Source: Spirochaetota bacterium
GTDB lineage: Bacteria; Spirochaetota; Brevinematia; DTOW01
Length of the DNA: 64,000 nucleotides
Reading direction: 5' to 3'
NCBI GenBank assembly: GCA_025061835.1
Contig: JANXAC010000001.1
Location: forward strand, 76,684 to 140,683
Made by a program: the position numbers and the translations under genes. Under the pieces are notes generated by a model. That model had not been told where the DNA came from, ran no database searches, and saw only the letters and a program-made list of their open reading frames with translations. Shown piece by piece: positions 55,858-64,000 of the stretch (its first letter is position 1; the number at the start of each line of letters is the position of its first letter).

Positions 55858-56805
55858 CTATGTTTCTATGAGTCTGGTTCCATAGTTATCCACAGACAGT
55901 ATCTGGATATCATAAGATGTTAGGTTATTGAGTTTTAAAAAATCTCTTAACTTCTCTATTTCACTAAACGACGGTTGAGAGTAAAACACACAACATATTG
56001 TAGGACCACTGCCAGATACGAAACTACCTATAAATCTTTCAGAGACTTCATTTTTGGACAATTTCAGAAGCTTCTCAAACCCTTTGTACAGGTTTGAGCG
56101 ATATGGTTGATGTAATCTATCATTAAGACCTACTGAAATCAGATCAGGATCATTGTTTATAAAACCTAGTATAAGACTAATAGCAGATCTTATGTTAGAT
56201 ATAACATCTTTTCTTTCATACTTTTCTGGTAATACGCTTCTTGCTGATTGTGTTGAAACATCAAATTCTGGTATAACGAAAACAAAGTGTAAATTTTCAG
56301 GGACACTAACCTTGTAATACTTCATGCTTCCATCTATACCAGATACTGTAAATCCTCCAACAACTGATGGTGTTATATTATCAGGATGACCTTCTATTTC
56401 AACACCTAGAGGAAGTATTATTCTTTCCTTAAAAGTGTTAAAATTTGAAAGTTCTTCTGTTAATAAACCTCTACTTAACAGATACACATAGCCTAGTGAT
56501 AGCCCCCCTATTATTGCTACCGAACTACTACCAAGTCCACGCTTTATCGGTATGTGATTCTTTATCCATATTCCTACTTTTGGAACATCCTGTTTAAATT
56601 CCTTAAGGACTCGTGAGAATGATGTAAAGACAGTATTTTTCGCTAAATCTTTGTCTATATCGTCTCTACCTATGTAGGTTATTTCATTGTTATTCTGTAA
56701 TGAAAAGTAGGAATATATGCTAACTGCCAGCCCAAATACATCAAAACCACTACCTACATTAGCACTACTACCGGGAACCATTACCTTACACCGGGAGATA
56801 TCCAT
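55858..56805 (-). CDS. thrB: Homoserine kinase
   Basis: PGSSANVGSGFD, GHMP motif PIKRGLGSSS, EGHPDN, DRLHQPYR, SGSGPT. Confidence 0.95.
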   Translation of the reverse strand: MDISRCKVMVPGSSANVGSGFDVFGLAVSIYSYFSLQNNNEITYIGRDDIDKDLAKNTVFTSFSRVLKEFKQDVPKVGIWIKNHIPIKRGLGSSSVAIIGGLSLGYVYLLSRGLLTEELSNFNTFKERIILPLGVEIEGHPDNITPSVVGGFTVSGIDGSMKYYKVSVPENLHFVFVIPEFDVSTQSARSVLPEKYERKDVISNIRSAISLILGFINNDPDLISVGLNDRLHQPYRSNLYKGFEKLLKLSKNEVSERFIGSFVSGSGPTICCVFYSQPSFSEIEKLRDFLKLNNLTSYDIQILSVDNYGTRLIET

Positions 56806-56813
56806 AAAACACC

Positions 56814-58313
56814 CTAGAAGCTTTGTAGATTTGATAAAAACTCTTCGTTATTTTTAGTCTTTTGTAGGACTTCTGTTAGTTTTTGAATTATATCCTCATT
56901 TGAAAAGTCATTTAATGCTCTTCTGAGTAGCCACATTTTATTTAGAACATCCTCACGAAGTAGTAGTTCTTCTCTTCTAGTTCCTGAAAGTTTTAGGTCA
57001 ATAGCAGGGAATATTCTTTTGTTTGCCAGGTTTCTATCTAGATGTATTTCCATATTACCTGTTCCTTTAAACTCTTCATATATTACCTCATCCATCTTGC
57101 TACCAGTATCTATTAAAGCACTAGCTATGATCGTTAGACTACCACCTTCTTCTACCTTTCTAGCGGATCCAAAAAAGTGCTTAGGTTTGTAAAAAGCACC
57201 CACCTCAATACCGCCAGACATCACCCTACCTGATGGCGGAGTTATAAGGTTATATGCTCTTGTAAGACGAGTAAGACTATCAAGTAATATTACAACATCG
57301 TTGCCATCTTCAACTAGTCTTTTTGCTCTTTCTAAAACCATTTCCGCAACTATGCTATGTCTAAAAGGCTCTTCATCAAAAGTTGAACTTATTACTTGAA
57401 CTCCTCTTAAAGATCTCTTCCAATCTGTAACTTCTTCAGGTCTTTCGTCTATAAGAAGTATAAATATTATGACATCGGGGTGATTTTTCCTGATTGCTGT
57501 AGCAATCTTCTTTAGTATTGTTGTTTTCCCTGCTTTAGGCTGTGATACTATTATACCTCTTTGTCCCTTACCTATCGGAACGAATATATCTATTATTCTT
57601 GTATCAATATCCGTTTTTGAATATTCTAGGCTGAACTTTTCAGTTGGAAACATAGGTGTGAGTTTATCAAAAGACGGTCTTTTCTGCAAATTCCCCGTAA
57701 ATTCCTTTCCATTTACCTTCAAAACTTTCAACAATCCGAAATACTTCTCATTATCTCTTAACGGTGCTCTTATAGTTCCAAACACTTCATCACCTGTTCT
57801 TAACCCAAGAGACCTAATTTGAGTTTGAGAGACATATATATCTCCAGCACCTGCTAGATAGTTGTGTTCTTCTGACCTGAGAAACCCATAACCCTGATTT
57901 TGGTCGTTAAGTATCTGTAATACTCCTCGCGCATAAACTACACCACCCATCTTGTTATGATTATCTACTACCTTAAAAAGTAGGTCCAGCTTGTTCCTAT
58001 AGGATGGAGATTTTACATCATACACCTTGTCAAGTAATTCCAATATTTCATCTATTTGTTTCTCTTTCAGTTCTTCAAGAAATATTTCATACATGCTACT
58101 TGGTAGAGACTTTTTCGTTTCCCTTTTAACGCTAATGTCATCCTTTGGACTTTCAGATCCTATCTCATCTTTTAACGAATTCAGAGTTTCCTTTATATCA
58201 TCAGATGGAATACTCTTTTGTTCTTCATCAGGATAATATGAACTATCAGTTGTAGATTGTTGTATCTCTTTATTAGAAGAATCATCCAATTGAACTTCAA
58301 AATTCTCTGACAT
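56814..58313 (-). CDS. rho: Transcription termination factor Rho with acidic N-terminal extension
   Basis: [53 protein letters not shown]. Confidence 0.97.
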   Translation of the reverse strand: MSENFEVQLDDSSNKEIQQSTTDSSYYPDEEQKSIPSDDIKETLNSLKDEIGSESPKDDISVKRETKKSLPSSMYEIFLEELKEKQIDEILELLDKVYDVKSPSYRNKLDLLFKVVDNHNKMGGVVYARGVLQILNDQNQGYGFLRSEEHNYLAGAGDIYVSQTQIRSLGLRTGDEVFGTIRAPLRDNEKYFGLLKVLKVNGKEFTGNLQKRPSFDKLTPMFPTEKFSLEYSKTDIDTRIIDIFVPIGKGQRGIIVSQPKAGKTTILKKIATAIRKNHPDVIIFILLIDERPEEVTDWKRSLRGVQVISSTFDEEPFRHSIVAEMVLERAKRLVEDGNDVVILLDSLTRLTRAYNLITPPSGRVMSGGIEVGAFYKPKHFFGSARKVEEGGSLTIIASALIDTGSKMDEVIYEEFKGTGNMEIHLDRNLANKRIFPAIDLKLSGTRREELLLREDVLNKMWLLRRALNDFSNEDIIQKLTEVLQKTKNNEEFLSNLQSF

Positions 58314-58742
58314 AAACAAACCTCTCTGTATTGCTAAAAGAATTAAGAAATACTTAAAAATCGTTTAAAGAAGTTTCAAATCACTTATCAGTATTTTGAA
58401 CGATAGATCTGTAGATATCAAGAAAACTGATCTGTTCTCAATAAATTCCAAAATTTGAATGTTACAAAGATTTATCAATACTTTTAGTGTCCATACCTTC
58501 TCTACCAAATGATTAGAAACCTACTTTCACAAGCGTATAACCTACTACTATGGAGGTAAGTTCCTCAAAATATTTAACTTAAACAACGATGCGCTCAAAA
58601 ATAGATACAATAGCGACTGAAAGATGAAAATCATAGATTTCTACTAGAAAGATATTGATTATATTCGGCTAGACTCACTCCAGCATAGTTTGAAAGATTT
58701 TAGAGAATCTGTTAAAATAATCTAACTCACAAGGAGTTTCGG

Positions 58743-60653
58743 ATGGAATCTCCGATAGAGGAATATGGTGTAATAGTGGTAGGAGGGGGGCATGCTGGAA
58801 TTGAGGCATCCCTCGCGAGCGCAAGAATGGGCGTTCCTACGTTGCTTCTTACATTGAACATTGACACAATAGGTCAGATGTCCTGTAATCCATCAATAGG
58901 TGGAACTGCGAAAGGACATCTTGTTAGAGAAATTGATGCTCTTGGTGGTGAGATGGGCAAAGCCGCAGATCAAAACGGTATTCAGTTTAGAATCCTTAAC
59001 GACTCGCGAGGTCCAGCAGTGAAGTCATCAAGAGCACAAATAGACAAATACCAATACCGAGACTATATGAGAAGAGTGGTTTTCTCTCAGGCAAATCTAA
59101 CAGTAAAGCAAGGTAGTGTAAAAAGACTAGTATTGGAAGGTAGAAAAGTAATAGGAATAGAGACAATCTTTGGTCAAATCATATATGGTAAGGTTGTTGT
59201 TATTACTCCTGGAACTTTCATGAGAGGCATGTTATTCGTAGGTAAAAATACTACACCAGGTGGCAGAATGGGCGAGAATCCCGTTAGTGAATTGTCTGAA
59301 CAGTTTATATCTTTAGGATTTAAGGTTGGTAGATTTAAAACAGGAACACCACCAAGACTTGATGGAAGGACTATTGACTTTTCCGTTATGGAGATACAGA
59401 AAACAGATCCAAATTTTAAACCCTTTTCCATATGGACCGACAGAAAGAACTTCCCGATCCTACCCCAAAGAGATGTGTATATAACTTATACTAACTCATT
59501 GACACATGAAATAATAAAGTCAAATTTACACACATCACCTCTCTACAGCGGTATGATAAAAGGAACAGGAGTTAGATACTGTCCCTCAATAGAAGACAAG
59601 ATTGTGAAATTTCCTAACAGAGACAGACACCATGTTTTCATAGAACCTGAGAGCCTAATGTTTGATGAATGGTATCCCAACGGTATATCAACAAGTCTGT
59701 CTTTTGATACGCAACTCAAGTTTGTCAGAACAATAAAAGGGCTTGAAAACGTAAAGATAACCAGATATGGATATGCTGTAGAACACGACTATGTTGAACC
59801 AACCCAATTATATCCAACACTTGAGACAAAGATTGTTGAGAACCTGTTTTTGGCGGGGCAGATAAACGGAACAACTGGATACGAAGAGGCAGCATCTCAA
59901 GGAATACTAGCAGGTATAAATGCCGCACTCAAAGCAAAAGGCAAAGAACCAATAGTATTGAGTAGAACTGAAAGTTATATTGGGGTTCTGGTAGATGACT
60001 TAACTACAAAAGGTACGAATGAACCATATAGGATGTTCACATCCAGGTCGGAATACCGATTACTCCTCAGAGAGGATAACACCGTATTTAGATTATCCAG
60101 AATAGGCTACGAAGTAGGACTACTACCAAAAGATATGTGGGAGAATATTGAGTATAAAATCAAAACTATTAAGAATGTATTACAAAGGCTTTCAGAAGAC
60201 TATATCACTCCTTCAAAAGAAACTAATGACAAACTAATAAGTCTAAACCTACAGCCTATAACAAAACCAATGACGCTTGAAGAGATGTTAAGAAAAGATG
60301 GGTTCAAATGGGAATATATCTACGAGTTTTCAGATAATATACCATACAACTTACCAGACGAAATTATAGAACACATACAAATAGAAGTGAAATACAAAGG
60401 ATACATAAGTAGAGAACTAAAAGCAGTTAAGAAGTTATCAAAACTTGAGAATGTTAGGATACCAGATGGGTTTGATTACTCAAGTGTTAAGTCACTATCA
60501 AGAGAAATCATTGAAAAACTATCAAAATTTAAACCATACAACCTTGCTCAGGCATCAAAGATATCAGGTATAACACCAGCAGCAATATTAACTATAATGA
60601 GCTACCTTGATAAAAGATATAACAAAAACAAGCAAGTAGATAACCAAAAATAG
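58743..60653 (+). CDS. mnmG: tRNA uridine-5-carboxymethylaminomethyl modification enzyme MnmG (GidA)
   Basis: GGGHAG, MSCNPSIGG, KTGTPPR, RYCPSIEDK, GQINGTTGYEEAA, YRMFTSRSEYRL. Confidence 0.98.
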   Translation: MESPIEEYGVIVVGGGHAGIEASLASARMGVPTLLLTLNIDTIGQMSCNPSIGGTAKGHLVREIDALGGEMGKAADQNGIQFRILNDSRGPAVKSSRAQIDKYQYRDYMRRVVFSQANLTVKQGSVKRLVLEGRKVIGIETIFGQIIYGKVVVITPGTFMRGMLFVGKNTTPGGRMGENPVSELSEQFISLGFKVGRFKTGTPPRLDGRTIDFSVMEIQKTDPNFKPFSIWTDRKNFPILPQRDVYITYTNSLTHEIIKSNLHTSPLYSGMIKGTGVRYCPSIEDKIVKFPNRDRHHVFIEPESLMFDEWYPNGISTSLSFDTQLKFVRTIKGLENVKITRYGYAVEHDYVEPTQLYPTLETKIVENLFLAGQINGTTGYEEAASQGILAGINAALKAKGKEPIVLSRTESYIGVLVDDLTTKGTNEPYRMFTSRSEYRLLLREDNTVFRLSRIGYEVGLLPKDMWENIEYKIKTIKNVLQRLSEDYITPSKETNDKLISLNLQPITKPMTLEEMLRKDGFKWEYIYEFSDNIPYNLPDEIIEHIQIEVKYKGYISRELKAVKKLSKLENVRIPDGFDYSSVKSLSREIIEKLSKFKPYNLAQASKISGITPAAILTIMSYLDKRYNKNKQVDNQK

Positions 60654-60798
60654 ATATTTCTTATATAACACAAAATTATTCAATCTTCGCAAAAGATATG
60701 TACATCCACAAAAATACATCAGATTTCTTGAAATGAATATATCAAAGTAAGTGATTTGGTTGCTTTAAGTTTAAATAGAACTTACGAATATTTATAAT

Positions 60799-61533
60799 AT
60801 GAAAACGACTATGGATAGTGAATTATTATATAAAAACTCAAATGTTCCTAAGGTCCAAAAGGCTTTTGAGTTATTCAAGAACAAGAAATTCAAAGAGGCA
60901 CTTGAAATATTTAGGGATCTTTATTCAAAAAACAGCACCAACTATGAGTATAATTACTATCTAGGTCTAACCTATGCAAACTTAGGGTATTTTGATGTCG
61001 CACTTAATCATCTATTGTATGCTTCAAAAACGAATAAGAATTACTACATATCAATCCATTCAAACATGATATGTGGCTATATTTACACACTTAGGGAGGA
61101 ATATAAGTTAGCAGAAAACTGTTTTAGAGAGGTTCTAAAGATAAACTCTCAAAGTATTTCTGCGTTAGTTGCTATCGCTTATGTTTTTGAGAAGACAAAT
61201 AGGTATGATCAAAGTATCATCTACTTAAAGAGAGCACTGGAGATAGATCCAGACAATCCAAGAGTCTTGAATGCCCTAGCATATGTCTATGCAGAAAGGG
61301 AGATAAACCTGTCTGATGCAGTTAGATTGGCAAGAAAGGCAGTATCTCATCAACCTGATAGTCCGGAAATCAGAGACACACTGGCATGGGCTTACTACAA
61401 GAAAGGAGAGTATATTCAGGCGATGAATGAAATTAAGAAAGCGATGGAACTACTACCAAACAATGAAGAAATTTTGAAACACTATAAAGAAATCTCTTCT
61501 AAGTTAGAAGAGATTAAGTCAAGAACTAAGTAA
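60799..61533 (+). CDS. Tetratricopeptide-repeat protein
   Basis: TPR units (YYLGLTY, VLNALAYVYA, RDTLAWAYYKKG). Confidence 0.9.
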   Translation: MKTTMDSELLYKNSNVPKVQKAFELFKNKKFKEALEIFRDLYSKNSTNYEYNYYLGLTYANLGYFDVALNHLLYASKTNKNYYISIHSNMICGYIYTLREEYKLAENCFREVLKINSQSISALVAIAYVFEKTNRYDQSIIYLKRALEIDPDNPRVLNALAYVYAEREINLSDAVRLARKAVSHQPDSPEIRDTLAWAYYKKGEYIQAMNEIKKAMELLPNNEEILKHYKEISSKLEEIKSRTK

Positions 61534-61536
61534 AAA

Positions 61537-62187
61537 TCATCTTGGGAAAACCTTTAACCATTCTTCCATAGCATTCATAACAGGAATTATCGTGTATCTG
61601 CTTATCAGCAAGGCTAAAACTACTGTGATTATTATGAATAAAGGGTAGTATTTTGATATAACTATTGAAGATATTTTATCTCTCAAACTACTCGGTAAAA
61701 GATTTAGAAGTATCCAAAATCCATCAAGAGGTGGAAGTGGTATCAGATTGAAACTACCTAGAACGAAATTTATAGCAAGAATATACCAAAGTATTACTTT
61801 GAATATGAATAGCCACATCGCCCCTTCAGTATTGTGCCCTATCAGAAGTATTAGAACCATGGATATGAGCATTAGAGAGTAATTACTAACAGGTCCTGCT
61901 ATCGCTGTTGCTATCCAACCGAGTCTCTTATTATGATAGTTATCAGGATTAATTGGAACTGGTCTAGCCCAACCTATTATAAAACCAGTATTTAAAACAA
62001 CCAGAAAGATTGGTAGAAATATGCTTCCAACAGGGTCTAAATGCTTAATTGGATTGAGTGTTAGTCTCCCTTCGTCTTTAGCCGTAGTATCACCAAAGGC
62101 GTAAGATACTCTACCATGAGCATATTCATGAATAACAACAGAGATTATTAGTATAAATATTGCTACGGCTGTAAGTATATACTCCAC
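61537..62187 (-). CDS. Site-2 protease (M50) family membrane metalloprotease
   Basis: HEYAH, GRLTLNP, AGPVSN, FNLIPLPPLDG. Confidence 0.94.
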   Translation of the reverse strand: MEYILTAVAIFILIISVVIHEYAHGRVSYAFGDTTAKDEGRLTLNPIKHLDPVGSIFLPIFLVVLNTGFIIGWARPVPINPDNYHNKRLGWIATAIAGPVSNYSLMLISMVLILLIGHNTEGAMWLFIFKVILWYILAINFVLGSFNLIPLPPLDGFWILLNLLPSSLRDKISSIVISKYYPLFIIITVVLALLISRYTIIPVMNAMEEWLKVFPR

Positions 62188-62188
62188 T

Positions 62189-62455
62189 TTACTTTCTCAG
62201 TCCCAGTCTTCTTACAAGAACATTATACCTTTCAGGGTAGTTTTCTTTTAGGTAGTTTAGTAATCTTCTTCTTCTACCTACTATCTTTAGTAAGCCTCTT
62301 CTTGAATTTTTATCTTTTCTAAATTTCTTGAAATGCTCATTCAACGCTTCTATCCTTGCTGTCATAAGAGCAATCTGAACTTCCGGAGAACCAGTATCAC
62401 CCTCGTATAACCTGTATGACTCAATTATTTTTTTCTTCACATCCTTTGATAACAT
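62189..62455 (-). CDS. rpsO: 30S ribosomal protein S15
   Basis: [25 protein letters not shown]. Confidence 0.97.
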   Translation of the reverse strand: MLSKDVKKKIIESYRLYEGDTGSPEVQIALMTARIEALNEHFKKFRKDKNSRRGLLKIVGRRRRLLNYLKENYPERYNVLVRRLGLRK

Positions 62456-62720
62456 ACAAACAATACCTCTTTGGTTTCCAAAATTATGAAAAATTTAACT
62501 ACGTTTTATCAACTTGAAAAGGAGTCTATCAAACTTTATTAAACTCTAAACAAAATTACTGAACATTGCGCAAAAAACTTTAGACCTTACTGAACATACT
62601 CACATTCAATTGAAAGTAGAATGATTATTTTTAATAATTAGTGTTGTATGTTAGCGTTATCATTCTACTACCTATCAAAATTAAACGATAATTTACATAA
62701 GTGCCCCTAGGAGGTTAAAG

Positions 62721-64000
62721 ATGAACTTGGAGATTGCAGACTTTTTTCACATAACCAAAATATTTATATCTCTGCTAATGATGATATTCATGATACTTGA
62801 ATTCCAAAGGAATAAAAATAAGGAGTTTCTAATCCTGAGCATAATATTCGGTTTTTTTCTATTCAAAGAGATAACATATATACTCATCAACATCTACGGA
62901 TCCTTCTACACGACTACCAAGAACCCTATTACAGGAGAAATAACGAGAGAACTAGCCAACAAAAATTTGTTTGAGTTTAGGTTCTTTATATGGCACATAC
63001 TTGAGATCATTTTTGTCATATTAGTAACCTATCCATTCCTATTCTTGATAGGTTCTCTAAAAAAGAATGGTAATATTCCTAATTTTATAACTCTTGGTAT
63101 AAATATCGCTTTTGTAATAGGACTTGTTGTAGTAGTGCTTATTTTTATTGACAAACCTGTATCTGCTATCATTGGTATTGGTAACAATGATACACAAGTT
63201 GTATTCAGAAACAACATCGTTAGTTTCATAATAAGTAGTTGGTGGATATATGGTTTGTGGAAGATAGCGCTAATAATATATGCTATTATTCCTGTTGCTA
63301 GGATATACGGATACACAGCACAAATGTTACCTCATCTTTATGTTTCAAAAATATTCTACATAATATCTCTGTCAATATTCGGGCTTCTCTACCTGTTCTC
63401 ATCAATAGTCTTTATACAGGCAACTAAGGGAATAGGATATGAATTAATGGAAATAGTAGGATTTGTATTCTTAGCAGTCACCGCTTATAAGATATTTAGA
63501 GCTGATGTTATGGATATGGACTTTAGAATACAAGACCTAGAGAAAGAAAAATCACTAATCATAGAACTTATGCGAGAAATAGGAGATACCTTATCTGTTG
63601 AGTTAGAAATGGATAAAATATTGTCAAAGATAGTAGATGCAGCTATAGAAGGAACATCATCAAAGGCTGCTGCCATACTACTTAGAGATTCAACAGGAGA
63701 GACACTTAGTGTTAGATATGTAAAAGGTCTTTTCCCTCCTGTCAAACCTATCAGAGTTGATCAATCAGTCGTTTTAAAGGAAAGTCAGATCGTTGATATA
63801 TTCAAGTCCACTAAAATCTCCATCGGCGAGACCTATATAGGGTTACCTGCTAGCACTGGAGAAACTTTATTCATAAAAGATGCAGAAGAAGACCCGAGAG
63901 TCCTGCAAACAGCAAAAGGAATAGCAGACATAAAGTCTGTAATAGTAACACCTCTAAAGATACAGAATAATATTATGGGAGTTCTTGCAGTGCTTAATAA
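62721..64000 (+). CDS. Multi-pass membrane sensor with GAF domain (truncated by window end; absent from ORF track)
   Basis: GGAGG SD then ATG 62721; hand translation is open to the end: MNLEIADFFH..., about 7 hydrophobic helices, coiled coil (RIQDLEKEKSLI), GAF (ILSKIVDAAIE, DAEEDPR, PLKIQNNIMGVLAVLN). Confidence 0.85.
   Translation, partial: MNLEIADFFHITKIFISLLMMIFMILEFQRNKNKEFLILSIIFGFFLFKEITYILINIYGSFYTTTKNPITGEITRELANKNLFEFRFFIWHILEIIFVILVTYPFLFLIGSLKKNGNIPNFITLGINIAFVIGLVVVVLIFIDKPVSAIIGIGNNDTQVVFRNNIVSFIISSWWIYGLWKIALIIYAIIPVARIYGYTAQMLPHLYVSKIFYIISLSIFGLLYLFSSIVFIQATKGIGYELMEIVGFVFLAVTAYKIFRADVMDMDFRIQDLEKEKSLIIELMREIGDTLSVELEMDKILSKIVDAAIEGTSSKAAAILLRDSTGETLSVRYVKGLFPPVKPIRVDQSVVLKESQIVDIFKSTKISIGETYIGLPASTGETLFIKDAEEDPRVLQTAKGIADIKSVIVTPLKIQNNIMGVLAVLN

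Noticed and set aside
45356..58490. Short gapped similarity between 45356-45382 and the reverse complement of 58460-58490
   Set aside because: Under 30 bp, needs gaps, AT-rich and does not extend; indistinguishable from chance by eye
63029..63745. Two minus-strand ORFs (95 and 86 aa)
   Set aside because: Antisense shadows of the real plus-strand CDS starting at 62721

Overview
This is an AT-rich core-chromosome segment from a bacterium. The 16S signatures and protein content suggest a deep-branching spirochaete (inference, not a database result). It holds one complete minus-strand rrn operon (16S-tRNA-Ile-tRNA-Ala-23S-5S), three further tRNAs (Leu, Trp, fMet) and about 47 CDS, mostly housekeeping genes in strongly scrambled order: hypF, rpiA, nusG, secE, nfi, smc, rplY, pth, tyrA, nadE, nrnA, rbfA, fabD, flgG, dnaG, hisH, galE, trpS, rplU, trpA, plsC, thrB, rho, mnmG and rpsO. 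A membrane-GAF CDS missed by the ORF track runs off the right edge. I saw no transposase, integrase, phage gene or CRISPR array. Four observations stand out. (1) An SMC has canonical head motifs but no recognisable hinge, and a CxxC zinc-hook-like motif near the predicted coiled-coil apex. (2) A sigma-54-type -24/-12 promoter and a symmetric upstream palindrome precede an RpoS-like sigma factor, suggesting an RpoN-to-RpoS cascade like that of Borrelia. (3) A ~210-bp non-coding element occurs twice, each time ending 8-9 bp upstream of the -35 box of a translation-machinery promoter (rrn, rplY-pth). (4) A BCCP-like protein lacking the biotinylated lysine sits in a tRNA-fMet/alkaline phosphatase/histidine kinase/TerC cluster.
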